Of a stretch of 64,000 nt of DNA, positions 1 to 10,379 are shown piece after piece. The notes under the pieces are model-generated. The model was not told the origin of the DNA and made no database searches. It worked only from the letters and a program-made list of their open reading frames with translations. Source of the DNA: Yuukianura sp. NJ FZ-2021 (Eukaryota); the NCBI GenBank assembly GCA_046563655.1, contig CM102287.1:2728001-2792000 (forward strand), written 5' to 3'. Made by a program: the position numbers and the translations under genes. Position 1 is the first letter of the stretch. Every line of letters starts with the position of its first letter.

Positions 1-76
1 TCCTAAGAATTACTAGGTTTCAAAGCATGCAGTGTACAAGATTATGCAAGAACCAAACGTTAGCCGTTGACATAAC

Positions 77-112
77 CTTCAATGATGACGGTGGAATGGT
101 AGTACTGGACAT
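77..112 (-). CDS. Probable first coding exon of an unidentified gene running off the left edge (MSSTTIPPSSLK...)
   Basis: ATG at 112 followed by a phase-0 donor (AAG|gttatg) at 76. Acceptor ttatccag near 186, an upstream 5'UTR donor cagag|gtgag near 270, and a next acceptor (cttag) at positions 3-4. Too short to identify. Confidence 0.4.
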
Positions 113-1269
113 CGTTAATTCAATATCTTTCTCCGCTTCTTCTCGTACGATTGGTGTCGTTTTGCCTTCGGGCTTCTGATCTTATCTGGATAAACACAAT
201 ATCAATGGTTATACTATTATCGATGTCAAAGTTCAGAAATCAAATCAGCTGACTCTGAGAGTCACTCACCTCTGTAAACTTGGAACTTCCAAGTTGAAAG
301 GAAGACAGCACCGTAAACAACTTGCAACAGAAAGTTGTGGAGTGGAGGTCACAGAAACAATGGAGCTGGACGGCTGGACGGGACAACAAGTGCGAAACCG
401 ATGAAAATGAAAAATGGCAAACCACTAAAATGTAATCAACGGAAAACGGAACATCAACAAATGACAAAGATTTAGCATTTTTGACATTTTGGCGGCAGTT
501 GAAATTCAAATTTGAAGTGTAGGATAAAATTGGTTGGTGGTGGCTGACTAACCCCAGATGTAGATCAATTGTAATCATTTTTTAAAACAATGACACAAGT
601 AGAAATTTAGTCAATTGATAATTAAATTTAGAGTCAATTGATAGTTAGCAATAGTGTTGAATATTTTATATTGTATGTTATTTATAAATAATACATTGTA
701 ATATATTTATAACATACTGTAATATAATTTTAATATGTTATAATATTATCTCGAAATTTTACTTTGGAAGGGAACCAAACCTTGCTAAAAGTCTCCCGAG
801 TATGAAAAATTTTACTATGAACGACGAACGAGACCTTGCTAAGTGCCCCTGACTATGGAAAAACAAGTCTTTATACTCTTTCTGTGTGGAAACATTGGTG
901 CCATATTGACCTTACCTTAACCGTTGAAAAAACGAAAATGATGTTGTTTTCACTTTCACCTCACCGTAATAACTAATAAGAAATCATTCGGAATTTGTGA
1001 AAAGTGGAGCAGATGACATTCAAAAACCGATCGAACTGTATGGTTGGTCATAAAAATTACTGATTGTAAGTGTTGATTAATCTTAGCTAGCACCTGGTGG
1101 CAGTAACGGAATTCTTGAGGTAGGTACCGTCTATCCTCCAACTTACTGAAGGTACGTCACACTTTTTAGCTTATAAATTTCCTGTCTTGTTGATTTATTA
1201 ACTGCTTGATGATTGATCAATAATTTTGTTATGTTATAGGTTATTGGGATAACTTTTCCAAGGAAAACA

Positions 1270-3141
1270 ATGGAGAGGAGGAAGGGATTTGGTAAAATGA
1301 TGACGGGGAAGAGAGTCCCACCACCTCCGGAAGGTGCCGATGGCCAACCTGCGTTGCTTACACCAGTAAAACCCGTTACTCCAAGACGACCTCCATCCGC
1401 CGCTGCATCTTCAGCCTTCCAGCCATCATCGGCGCAACAACCGCTGCCTCCGGGAGCTCAAGTTCAAGAATACAATGTCCGCGTTCCCAAAACTGCGACG
1501 AAACCACACAATTTGATGCGATTCAACGATGCCCTGAATGTAGACTTTTCGAAATGGGTCAACGTCAGAATGCAGCGAGAGGACAACTCTCATCTCTACA
1601 AACTCCCGGAATTTGCACAAGTAGAAATGCCAAAGTTTGGAGCCGGATCAGAGTTTGGCAGGGATCAACGTGAAGAGGCTCGTAAAAGAAAATATGGATT
1701 CCATAAGAAACGATACAAGAGAGAAAATCAGCCTTGGATCCTGAAAGCTGGAACTGGAGATACAACCAGAAAGTAAAAGTCGCGAGTATTTTCTCATTTA
1801 TGAAAAATACTGAAATTGTACTTTCTATAATTTCAGATTCAAAGGATTACGTGAAGGTGGTGTGAATGAAAATGCTTCGTACTTTATCTTCACTCAGAGT
1901 CAAGATGGTTGTTTCGAGGTGTTCCCAATCCAGGAGTGGTACAACTTCACTCCTGTCCAGCGTTACAAAGCCCTGTCAGCGGAAGAAGCCGAGGAACAGT
2001 TTAGTAAACGCAGTAAAATCCTCAACTTATTTTCTGTGATGGTCCAAAAACGAATTCGAGAAGACAAGGATGACGGAGAAGAGTCCGAGAAGGGAGAGAA
2101 GACGAGTAAAGGCAGAAAAGCTACTGACATGCAGTTGACAGACATGGACGACTGGGTCGTCGAGGAAATGGATGACGATGACGATTCAGAAGAAGGCGGA
2201 GAGGAAGATGGGGACAAACCAAAGAAAAACAAGAGTGAGTTCTGGATTTTTGTTAAAATTCATACTTGATTGATTTCACATCTTGAATTTTTTTATCTTT
2301 ACAGAAAAACCAGGCAAAGATAAGGAGAAGAAGAAAGATTCGGACGATGACTTGGACATGGAAGATTCCGACGACGGAGACGAAGAAGGGCGGGAACAGG
2401 ATTACATGTCCGACGTCTCTTCGTAAGTATTTCTTAGTTAGTTACCGAGCTTAAGTTAAAGTTAATTGGTTAAAAGTTAATTACTTAACTAATCTTAACA
2501 GAGAAAGTGAAGATGAAGAGGAGAAGAAGCCCGACTTGCCCGGAATCGACCAGGACGACAACCTACGAGCGTTGTTAGAATCCGAAAGTTCTTCCGAAGA
2601 AGAAAAAGAAGCGAAGAAAGAAGAAGGTGAAGAAGAAACAGAAGTTGCAGAGGGTGAAAAGAAAAAGAAATCCAAGAAAAAGAAGAAAGGAGACAAGAAG
2701 AGTTCAACGCTTCCAGACGCTCCAGCGCTCACTGACGAATCACCTCCAGAAGATCCTGTTGATGTCAAAAGTGAACCTGGAGTCGATGTCAAGCCGAAGA
2801 TCGAAACTTCACCAGCAGCCGAAGAAGGAGGAGCAACTAAACGCAAAGCTCCGTCTGACCTTGCTACTCCTCCAGCTCCGAAGAAGGTCAAAGTTGACTT
2901 GCCTCCTTCAATGCTTCAACTGGCTTCCTCCGAAGGAATCACGGAGGATGCTGTCAAGAAGTATCTTCTACGGAAGCCCATGACGATCGCTGAACTGCTC
3001 CAGAAGTTTAAGCCGAAGAAGTCCAAGATTTCCAGTAACGATATGGTCCCAATCATTGCACATATTTTGAAGAACTTGAATCCAGCGAAACGATCTGTGT
3101 CCAACAAAACCTACTTTTTCATCAACAACAAAACTTCATAA
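1270..3141 (+). CDS. GTF2F1: General transcription factor IIF subunit alpha (RAP74/TfIIFalpha)
   Basis: Exons 1270-1772, 1837-2234, 2305-2422 and 2502-3141 join in frame via GT-AG introns. Motifs EYNVRVPK, MPKFGAGSEFGRDQREEARKRKYG, QPWILK, KFKGLREGGV, WYNFTP..YKALSAEEAEEQF, an acidic middle region and a C-terminal winged helix (ITEDAVKKYLLRKPMT..LLQKFK). The start ATG could be 1270 or about 1297. Confidence 0.96.
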
Positions 3142-4727
3142 AACGTCAAAACTTCAACACCTAATTTCACACACCAATGAAAATCGTCAACACAGAACTC
3201 TTCAGAAGTGAAAATCATCAACTCTTCTGATTTTGAGTATGATTAATTTTGGATTCTTTATTTTATGTAATGTTGGGGAAATCTTTTGTATATAAAGAAA
3301 AGTTAAAGTTATCTAAATTTTTAAAAAATATTCGTTTCGCTTGATTATTAAAAGTTAGTTTAACTTTCAAATCAATATAACTTGAATGTAAATTTTTGAT
3401 TAATCGAAAACTTAGCTAGAAATTAAGCGATTTTCGGTCTGAAAGATGTTTACAGAAAAAAAAATCTTACAAAAAGCTCACAAAAATCTAACACATATAA
3501 AAACTAATAAAATAATATAAAACGCAAGTGAACAATATTTTTTGGAACCACTTACCTAGTTGAGACAATCTGAAATTTTGACAGTAGTCACTAGTGAATT
3601 GCCATTAAAAACTACGAGTGGCGTCAATGTTCAAATTTGTAAAAAATTATCCTGATTTCAGAGCTGAAATTGTTCTGCTCGTCTTCCTAATGGATTTTCA
3701 TTTTCATGTTAAAATATGAAGCGTTTCTCGTTCAACTTCTGCCAGAAGATTTTCAATCAATTGACGCGGTTTCGTATTCGGACAGAGCGACAGTGACGAC
3801 AGGAAACAGTCACGCGAATTCCGGAAATAACTAACGAGAAACACAAACAGAAATTGGCAACATCTTTTTTCAATTTTACAAATTTTTCAAAAATTTCATG
3901 AAATTTCATACTTGCAAACATCTTCTGAAGTTGTCAAGTTCTATTTATAGTCAGTCGCAGTATTAAAACAACCTAGGATCGGTTCTCTGTGTTCCAAAAC
4001 ACAGTTGATTCCACCGGATTCCAGGAACTCTAATAAACAAAACATCTCGAATTTGCAAAAATTTGAATTTGTACTACAAATGCATAGGTTTTTTGAAAGT
4101 TACGGATGATGCTTTGCCATCCTCCCGAGCACAATTATCGAGGATAAGGCGACGAGGTTTGAGACATCCCTTCCCAGGGATTGCGAAATTTTGCTACAAA
4201 TTGGTTCGATGTACTAAATGTGACGAAAAATTTCCAGTTGCGTTGGATTCTCGCGTTTTGTTGGATTAATGAGAACGTTGTTGTAGCTTGTTGGTTCCTG
4301 AGCTATGATAGTGCGCAGACATTCACTCCTTCAGTTCTTTTTCCTAAAAAGCGAAAAAATTAGTAATTTCAATACTTTTTAACATAAAAGTTTGCATAAA
4401 ACTTGCCAATTTTTGTCAAGCTCAACATGACGGAAAATGAGAAAAATATGAACTTTACCTGGGTTGGGAATTCACGTTGTTGCAAATATGTATGTAAACT
4501 GTTAGTACGAGTCTTTTATGCAAAACAATTTGCAAACTTTTGCAAAAGCTGATTGTTGTCTCAACGATTAGCGTTGGAACAGAGACTGCCTGTCGTCCTT
4601 TAATACATTCTTTGTCACACAGTTTGGAAATTTGGTATGATGAGTCGTAAACCATGTCCAAAGCAAAGGTAGATTTTCTTTAGAAACGGTAAAATTCTAA
4701 TTTTAGGCAAACAAAACCGTTGGACAT

Positions 4728-5363
4728 TTGTATTGTTCGGAAACAAAAATAGAAAAAGGGAGAAAAGATGCCTTACCCAAGGGTCCCTTCGAGTCCAACT
4801 TTGTGGACGTTTTGGTTTGGTGGAAAACAAGACAATTGTGTCTTGTACCACCCCCAACGCCGATCCGAGGCTATAAAAGCCTCTACGACCAGGTCAACAA
4901 GGTCATTCCTAACATAGCAAGTCAATTGAAGAACGAAGAAGAGGAAGGAATGGACTCGGACTCAAGCAACATTTTTTTCCTTTCCACGCACTATCCGCTG
5001 ATGGGTCTCTTGGCTGGCGCTGGGTTGGCCAGTGTTACATTTGGCTGCGCCATCTTGATCAGGAAGAGATGGGGGCCAAACAATCGCCATCTTGACGCCG
5101 AGGAGCAACGACCAAAACTTGACATTGCACAGGGACAGCAAGTCGAAGATGTCCGAAAAGATCTGCGACACATCGTTGAACTACAGGAACTACAAATCAC
5201 TATACTTCGAGACGTTGCTGACTCAGTGAGAGACGTTGCTGACTCAGTGAGAGATTTGACTAAGGAAATGAAAAGACAAAGAAACGTAAGTTTATGCATT
5301 TTTTATTTACTTATATATATTTTTTGTTCGCATATAATTTTTGTTGGCTTTGTTGAACAGTGA
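4728..5363 (+). CDS. Orphan ORF: single predicted TM helix plus short coiled coil; true 5' exon structure uncertain, may be decaying
   Basis: 211-codon open frame in AT-rich DNA with hydrophobic LMGLLAGAGLASVTFGCAILI followed by RKR, heptad-like VRKDLRHIVELQELQITILRDVADSVRD, and an in-frame 21-nt duplication. Acceptor ttttag at 4706 is in frame. A likely 75-nt phase-0 intron at 5286-5360 (gtaagt...aacag) gives the same TGA at 5361 whether spliced or not. Confidence 0.5.
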   Translation: MYCSETKIEKGRKDALPKGPFESNFVDVLVWWKTRQLCLVPPPTPIRGYKSLYDQVNKVIPNIASQLKNEEEEGMDSDSSNIFFLSTHYPLMGLLAGAGLASVTFGCAILIRKRWGPNNRHLDAEEQRPKLDIAQGQQVEDVRKDLRHIVELQELQITILRDVADSVRDVADSVRDLTKEMKRQRNVSLCIFYLLIYIFCSHIIFVGFVEQ

Positions 5364-5440
5364 CGCGAACTGATTCGATGACAAAGGCAATGGATTTGGA
5401 CTTGTAAATATATCTACCCTACTACTCCTTTTACATCTGA

Positions 5441-5480
5441 CAACAAGGCCCTTTTAAGGGCCACAAAATCATACAAAGAG
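5441..5480 (+). terminator. Replication-dependent histone mRNA 3'-end signal (16-nt stem-loop plus histone downstream element)
   Basis: CAACAA-GGCCCT-TTTA-AGGGCC-ACAAA: 6-bp stem at 5447-5452/5457-5462 with a 4-nt loop, and purine-rich AAAGAG at 5475-5480, starting 13 nt after the stem. This matches the SLBP/U7 cassette architecture. Confidence 0.75.
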
Positions 5481-6031
5481 CAAAAAGATCCCTCCAGTCA
5501 AGTCCATTCCGGGCAAATGCTTAGTCCAGATTATGTGGACTCCAGAAACATTAAATTATTATATTTTTTCAGATGTGGAGGCAGAATGCCTAAGGGGACG
5601 CCTCTGGATACCTGTCATTTTTAAGTGAGTGATCAAGTTAAGGTAACTCCGTTCGCTCCGTACAGTCTCCTATCTCAATTTCACCAAAACCACATCTACC
5701 TTTACGATTCCTATGATCCCGAATTCAAGACATTGCAACTTTTCGCCATTTCAAATAAGTTGTAAACAATCATTTCGCTTATTTTGCTGCAAAAATTTTT
5801 CCGAAAAATGAACCTGAAGAATTCCTCCAATTAAAAAACATCGCCTAAAGCATTATATAATTTGCAACTTTGAACCACCAATTCGAATTCCTAAACAAGA
5901 TATTAAAGAATCCAAATTCGCAATAGTTGTCAAAAACGTTTACAAAATTTTTTAACTCTCAATCCATTTTATTATTGCATTAATTAATTACTAGCAACCA
6001 TAAAATTCTCATGCAAGTAGATTATAATTTT

Positions 6032-9000
6032 TTACATAGCAAAAGTTATGAAACTCATGAGAAAGAGAAAAGTAGTGAAAGTAAAAAGGGCCCAATAGAT
6101 AAGGCAAGTACTTAAGGTCTCATTGCTATAATTCAAAATCGTTTCGAATTCCGTTTCGTTCATGGTCCGGTATCGATTGTCTTCGAACCGGTACAAATTT
6201 AGGCCCTGCGAAACTCGCGGAATGAAATCTCTCCATACAATTCTCGCCAATTTCGAACTACCGTTGACGGTAACTCCGGTTTCTAGGAACGGCCACTTTA
6301 GTTGCCAGTGGTTCCAGTATGTTTTCAGCAAGGTCAACCTTGACTTCCGGAAGCAGTTGAGTGACCTTTCGTCAAAGGTCACTTCCCTTGGAATTATTAC
6401 CAAGTTGACCTTGACTACTCTTCGGCTCTTGCGGTCCATAATTCGGAGCATTTCGGATTCAAAGTGACACAAAGGAAGAGGAGACTCGGCTATGGAGAAC
6501 ACGCGAACTTTCTTATCCAATTCCATTCTGAGCACGGTTTTTGGAAGGTCGTGGACATACTTCACAAACTGGAAGTCATTGTTGACCTCGTCCCGGTCAA
6601 GGTCAAGTTCTGGAACCAAATGCTTGGAAGTTAGGATAGTTTTCCAGGTTGAAGGGATGGATAAGACAAATATCGGAGGAATGGAAGTCATTTGGGCCAA
6701 GAGAATGTCGACGTGCGTGTCGTTGAACCTTTGCGGCAAGTATGCTGCGTTGAATTCCAGAAAACTGGACAAAAGTCCACTTTGGTTCAAGTAGCCCCAG
6801 AAACAAACTGCGACAAGGTTGAATCCAAACCATGACAGCCCAAGCTTCCAGCTGAATCTGTCCAAGCAAAAAAAAAGTAAAATTTAGAAAACGAGAGTTT
6901 GTTTCGGATTTTGGACATGACCGGACATTTTTAATGTTAAGATATTAAAAAACATTAAAAATGACTTCTTATTTTGGATGCTGCATATTCGAAATTTTAA
7001 TGCTGCTACAAAGGTTTTTTTTTTTTCAAAAATAAAACCGCTCTACTCCCTTCCAAGCCCAAAACGAGAGTGAACGAGAATAATTTGGTGAGCTTTCCTT
7101 TTATATGGAAAAGGAAGGAGTCACCACACGTAACTCCTCTTGTTGTTCTCCATTACGTCCGCACTCATTTGAACTCTTTTGAGGAGTAACTGGTAACTCC
7201 TTTGGAGTAACCTGTTACTCTTTTGCAGATTTCTGATTGGCCGGCAAAATTGCCATCGGCCAACTCACATGCATGTCAAAATCTTTGCACGTAATTTGGT
7301 GGAAAAATTTCCAAAGAACGTCATAACTTCTCATCAAATCAAAATTTTAAAAACTGACCTTGACACGATGGGTATTTTGTGTCCATGGAGTATCACTAGA
7401 GGGAAGATGAGCGGTGCGAGGTCAAAGGTCGACTTGTACTGAACCATGGCCATAAGTGGTATGAACCAGGAACAGTTGAGAAACGTCCACTGTGAACTTA
7501 AGCGCGGTTTGTACTTCCAATTTTGAAAGAGTAGTGCGTAAATTTCTCGCGAAATTGATAATATTCCCAACAATCCAAGGACGTTGAACATCGTCAAAAA
7601 GTTTACACTAATCCAGGGAATCGTTTCAAATTTTCTAATTGATGATGATTTAGTTACAAAGTAATTGACTGGAGTAATCACAAAGCTGGAACTGTTTAGG
7701 TTAAGGTCATTCAGATCTTGTAAAGATACGCGCCTGTGGTAAAAAGAGTCCCATAGTATAAATGGAATTGACATTCCACAGAAATATGCAATGAAAATGA
7801 ACAATCGCAAGTGAAACTGCGTCATTCCAATATGCGAATTGCTGATTCCGCGTTGGAGGTAGAAGAAAATCGGGACAGAACCGAACGATAAGAAAAAATC
7901 CGGGTCATTGAAAATTCCGAAGACGATTGTCAGTGCAATCCAGTGTAAATTATGGATTGGATTGTAGCGAAATGATTTTAGTTCTTTTAAAAGTTTCACT
8001 TTTTGTCGTATTTTTTCCATGTGATCTTCCGTTTTCTGGCGATCTTTTTCCAACGGATCGGTTTTTTCGTGTCCCGGTACCACGTGATCCTTATGGTCGC
8101 CATTTTCGTGTGACAACGAATCTTTCTCGCATGATTTCCTCTTTACTCCGGCTCCGTTTCTTGCTTTAGTCGAACTTACGGTTGGTTTCGGTTTGCTCTG
8201 CGGTACGGATTTCACTTTTGGCGTCGTTTCATTTTTCGTAGAACCTTTTTGTATGTTAATTGCGTGAAATTCGTTTAGAATTGGCAAGTACTCGTCCATG
8301 TAATGCATTGAATCGGACACCAAACACAACAAAATCCCGAAGAAAATTGTGTTTAGCAAAGCAGCGTGCGTTCTGGAGGTGAAGACAAGCACAATCTGAG
8401 AACTGGCCAACGTGACGAGTCTGGAATATTGTCCGTAGGTGTTGGGCTTAAGATCAGGCGTAGGATCAAGCTCAAGGTCATCTTCCAAAGGAACTTTTCT
8501 GCGGGGTTTTCGATCTTGTAGGGAAAAGAACTTGATGAGGATGAGATCCAGTGCAAATGACAGTAGGACATGGGCTAATCGTGGTACTAGAATCAGTGCT
8601 TCTGGATTTGGCACTGATTCTTCCTGGATTATCGGGTGAGAGTTGCTTAGAAACCGATGTGTCAAAATGTAGGGAATGTAGACAGTCAGATGCGGAAATA
8701 CAATTGACCTTGTTGGAAACGTCGAGTTGAACGCTGCTGATTTGTGAACTTGCAGATCAAAGTAATCTCCTAAAAAGAAAAAAACAAGTTAAGATTCAGA
8801 AAAGTTATTGAAATTACGAAATCTTAAATTGAATTACTTGTAATTGAATTCGTGTACTAATTGAATTACCTGTAATTATTTCCAGCGATTGAAACTCCTC
8901 CGAGTGTATCCAGCCCATTTGCAAGTTTAACGTTAGCAGAATCCTCAGAACTAGAAAAAGTTCGTAAACCTGTTTGAGCCGAACTCCCTGGACAGCGTTT

Positions 9001-9071
9001 CTCGGTTCGATTCGAACCAGTGCTGAATTATGCTGCTCACAAGCAATACGATGAACCACGTCCAGTTTCAT
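6032..9071 (-). CDS. PIGZ: Divergent GPI mannosyltransferase 4-like (PIG-Z/SMP3, GT22/Alg9 family) multi-TM protein
   Basis: Exons 9071-8870, 8769-7359 and 6857-6032 join in frame, merging three ORF-track ORFs. Colinear with recalled PIG-Z motifs: QMGWIHSEEFQSLEII (GYVHPDEFFQSPEV), RSIVFP, LILVPRLAHVLLSFALD (LLVGPRLLLTALSFALD), LASSQIVLVFTSRT, GIFNDPDF, ITPVNYF, FNLVAVCFWGYLNQSGL (FNALGALLFGCLHQGGL). Confidence 0.8.
7015..7280. mobile_element. Dispersed repeat copy 1 (non-autonomous element), in PIGZ-like intron 2
   Basis: Reverse-complement match to 51815-52172, e.g. cggcaaaattgccatcggcc, tgaacgagaa..gagctttccttttata and the gagtaac-n2-gttactc palindrome. Boundaries are approximate. Confidence 0.75.
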
Positions 9072-9470
9072 TTTTCTTAGGCTGGGTTTAATTCCTCTCA
9101 AATAACTTAAGCAATTAATCAATTAGGTTATAAATTAGGACACAAATAGTTAGTATAATTAATTGAGTTGTAGAGCAGCACAAATCCACAAAAAGTATTC
9201 AATTTACAAAGGTTTATCCAAAAAAGTGAATTGTAACAAATACAAGACGAAACATTCAAATGCAAGAGAAAAGTGAAAACTTTTGGATACAAATCGATAA
9301 CCTTTCTCTTTTACTCTAACAGAAAAACCGAGCTAACACTCGGATGAAATCGAGCAAGCTACCGAGTACAAGTTACTGGCTACGTTATGGTAATGATTAC
9401 GAAAATGTTATGCTAATGGTTACTCACTAAGAGTTATTTAGAAGATAAACTTACGGTTTTTCGCGGCATT

Positions 9471-10379
9471 TTAGTTTTGAAAAAGTCTACGGACTGGCGG
9501 ACGGGTGCCCGGTGGTGGAGGATTTTCTAGACGATGTCCGCCATTTTGTTCTTGATCTCCGCTGGCTATCTTGACAAATTGGTCCAAGTCCATCTGGATC
9601 TGCTTGATGTTGACTTCCATCTCGCGCCACTGTTTGTACAAATCGCTCTTGAATTGATGATTCCGTGCCTTCTCCAACTGCACATTCTGCTGATCGAGTT
9701 CCAACATCTCCAAATCTGTACAAAGTGCCTCCTGATTGGCGAAAACTTCTTCACGCCATGCTTCCACTTCTGCCTTCTCCGCTGCAAGCTGCGCCATCTC
9801 AATTCCGATCTGCTGTTTCTCCGCTTCCAACTGCGCCTTTTCAGTTGCCAGATTTGAGAAAGCTTCTTTCCGCATTGCTTCGACCTCTCCTTTCTCCAAT
9901 GCAAGCTGCGCCTTCTGAATTCCGATCTGCACTTTCTCAGCTTCCAAGTTCGCTTTTTCAGTTGCCTTCTCGTCTTCAAACGAGTCTTTCTCGATTGCGA
10001 AATGATCAACTTCCAGATCCAGCTTATCACTTGCCTCTTGCAACTTCAATTTCTGCTGTCGGATAGCCTCCTTCTGGACCTCCAGATCCTGTTGATCAAT
10101 TTTCAATTGGTCTATTTGACCTTGGATTCGCAAGGCTTCTTTCTTGAGGTCAGCTTCCAGTTCTTCCAAGGCAGCTCCTTTTTCGGCTAACTCTTTTCCG
10201 TGGCGTTCCACTTCCAGTTCCTTCTTGTCAGTGTCGTCCAGCGATCCTCGAGCACGTCGACGTTCACGATGAGCAGCCATACGGGCTTTCATAGCCTCAA
10301 TGGTTGAGTTCTTTCCAGTGTCTCCGCCTCCCCACCCGATAGTCGAGCCGCCATTTCCCAGATTCATCTCTGCAAACAT
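9471..10379 (-). CDS. Orphan E/K/Q-rich coiled-coil protein, 302 aa, single coding exon
   Basis: Long ORF with gene-like GC content, continuous heptad character, an internal 39-aa (117-nt) tandem duplication, a Gly-rich N-terminus and a Pro-rich C-terminus. Probable 5'UTR intron (donor gtaagt at 10447). Confidence 0.7.
   Translation of the reverse strand: MFAEMNLGNGGSTIGWGGGDTGKNSTIEAMKARMAAHRERRRARGSLDDTDKKELEVERHGKELAEKGAALEELEADLKKEALRIQGQIDQLKIDQQDLEVQKEAIRQQKLKLQEASDKLDLEVDHFAIEKDSFEDEKATEKANLEAEKVQIGIQKAQLALEKGEVEAMRKEAFSNLATEKAQLEAEKQQIGIEMAQLAAEKAEVEAWREEVFANQEALCTDLEMLELDQQNVQLEKARNHQFKSDLYKQWREMEVNIKQIQMDLDQFVKIASGDQEQNGGHRLENPPPPGTRPPVRRLFQN

Noticed and set aside
77..112. N-terminus reminiscent of VTA1 (PPSLK)
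   Set aside because: Twelve residues are insufficient to name the gene.
5361..5624. Reading frame stays open for about 80 codons after two in-frame TGAs (selenocysteine or readthrough idea)
   Set aside because: No SECIS-like structure was recognised downstream, the translation has no recognisable features, and it crosses apparent intron signals.
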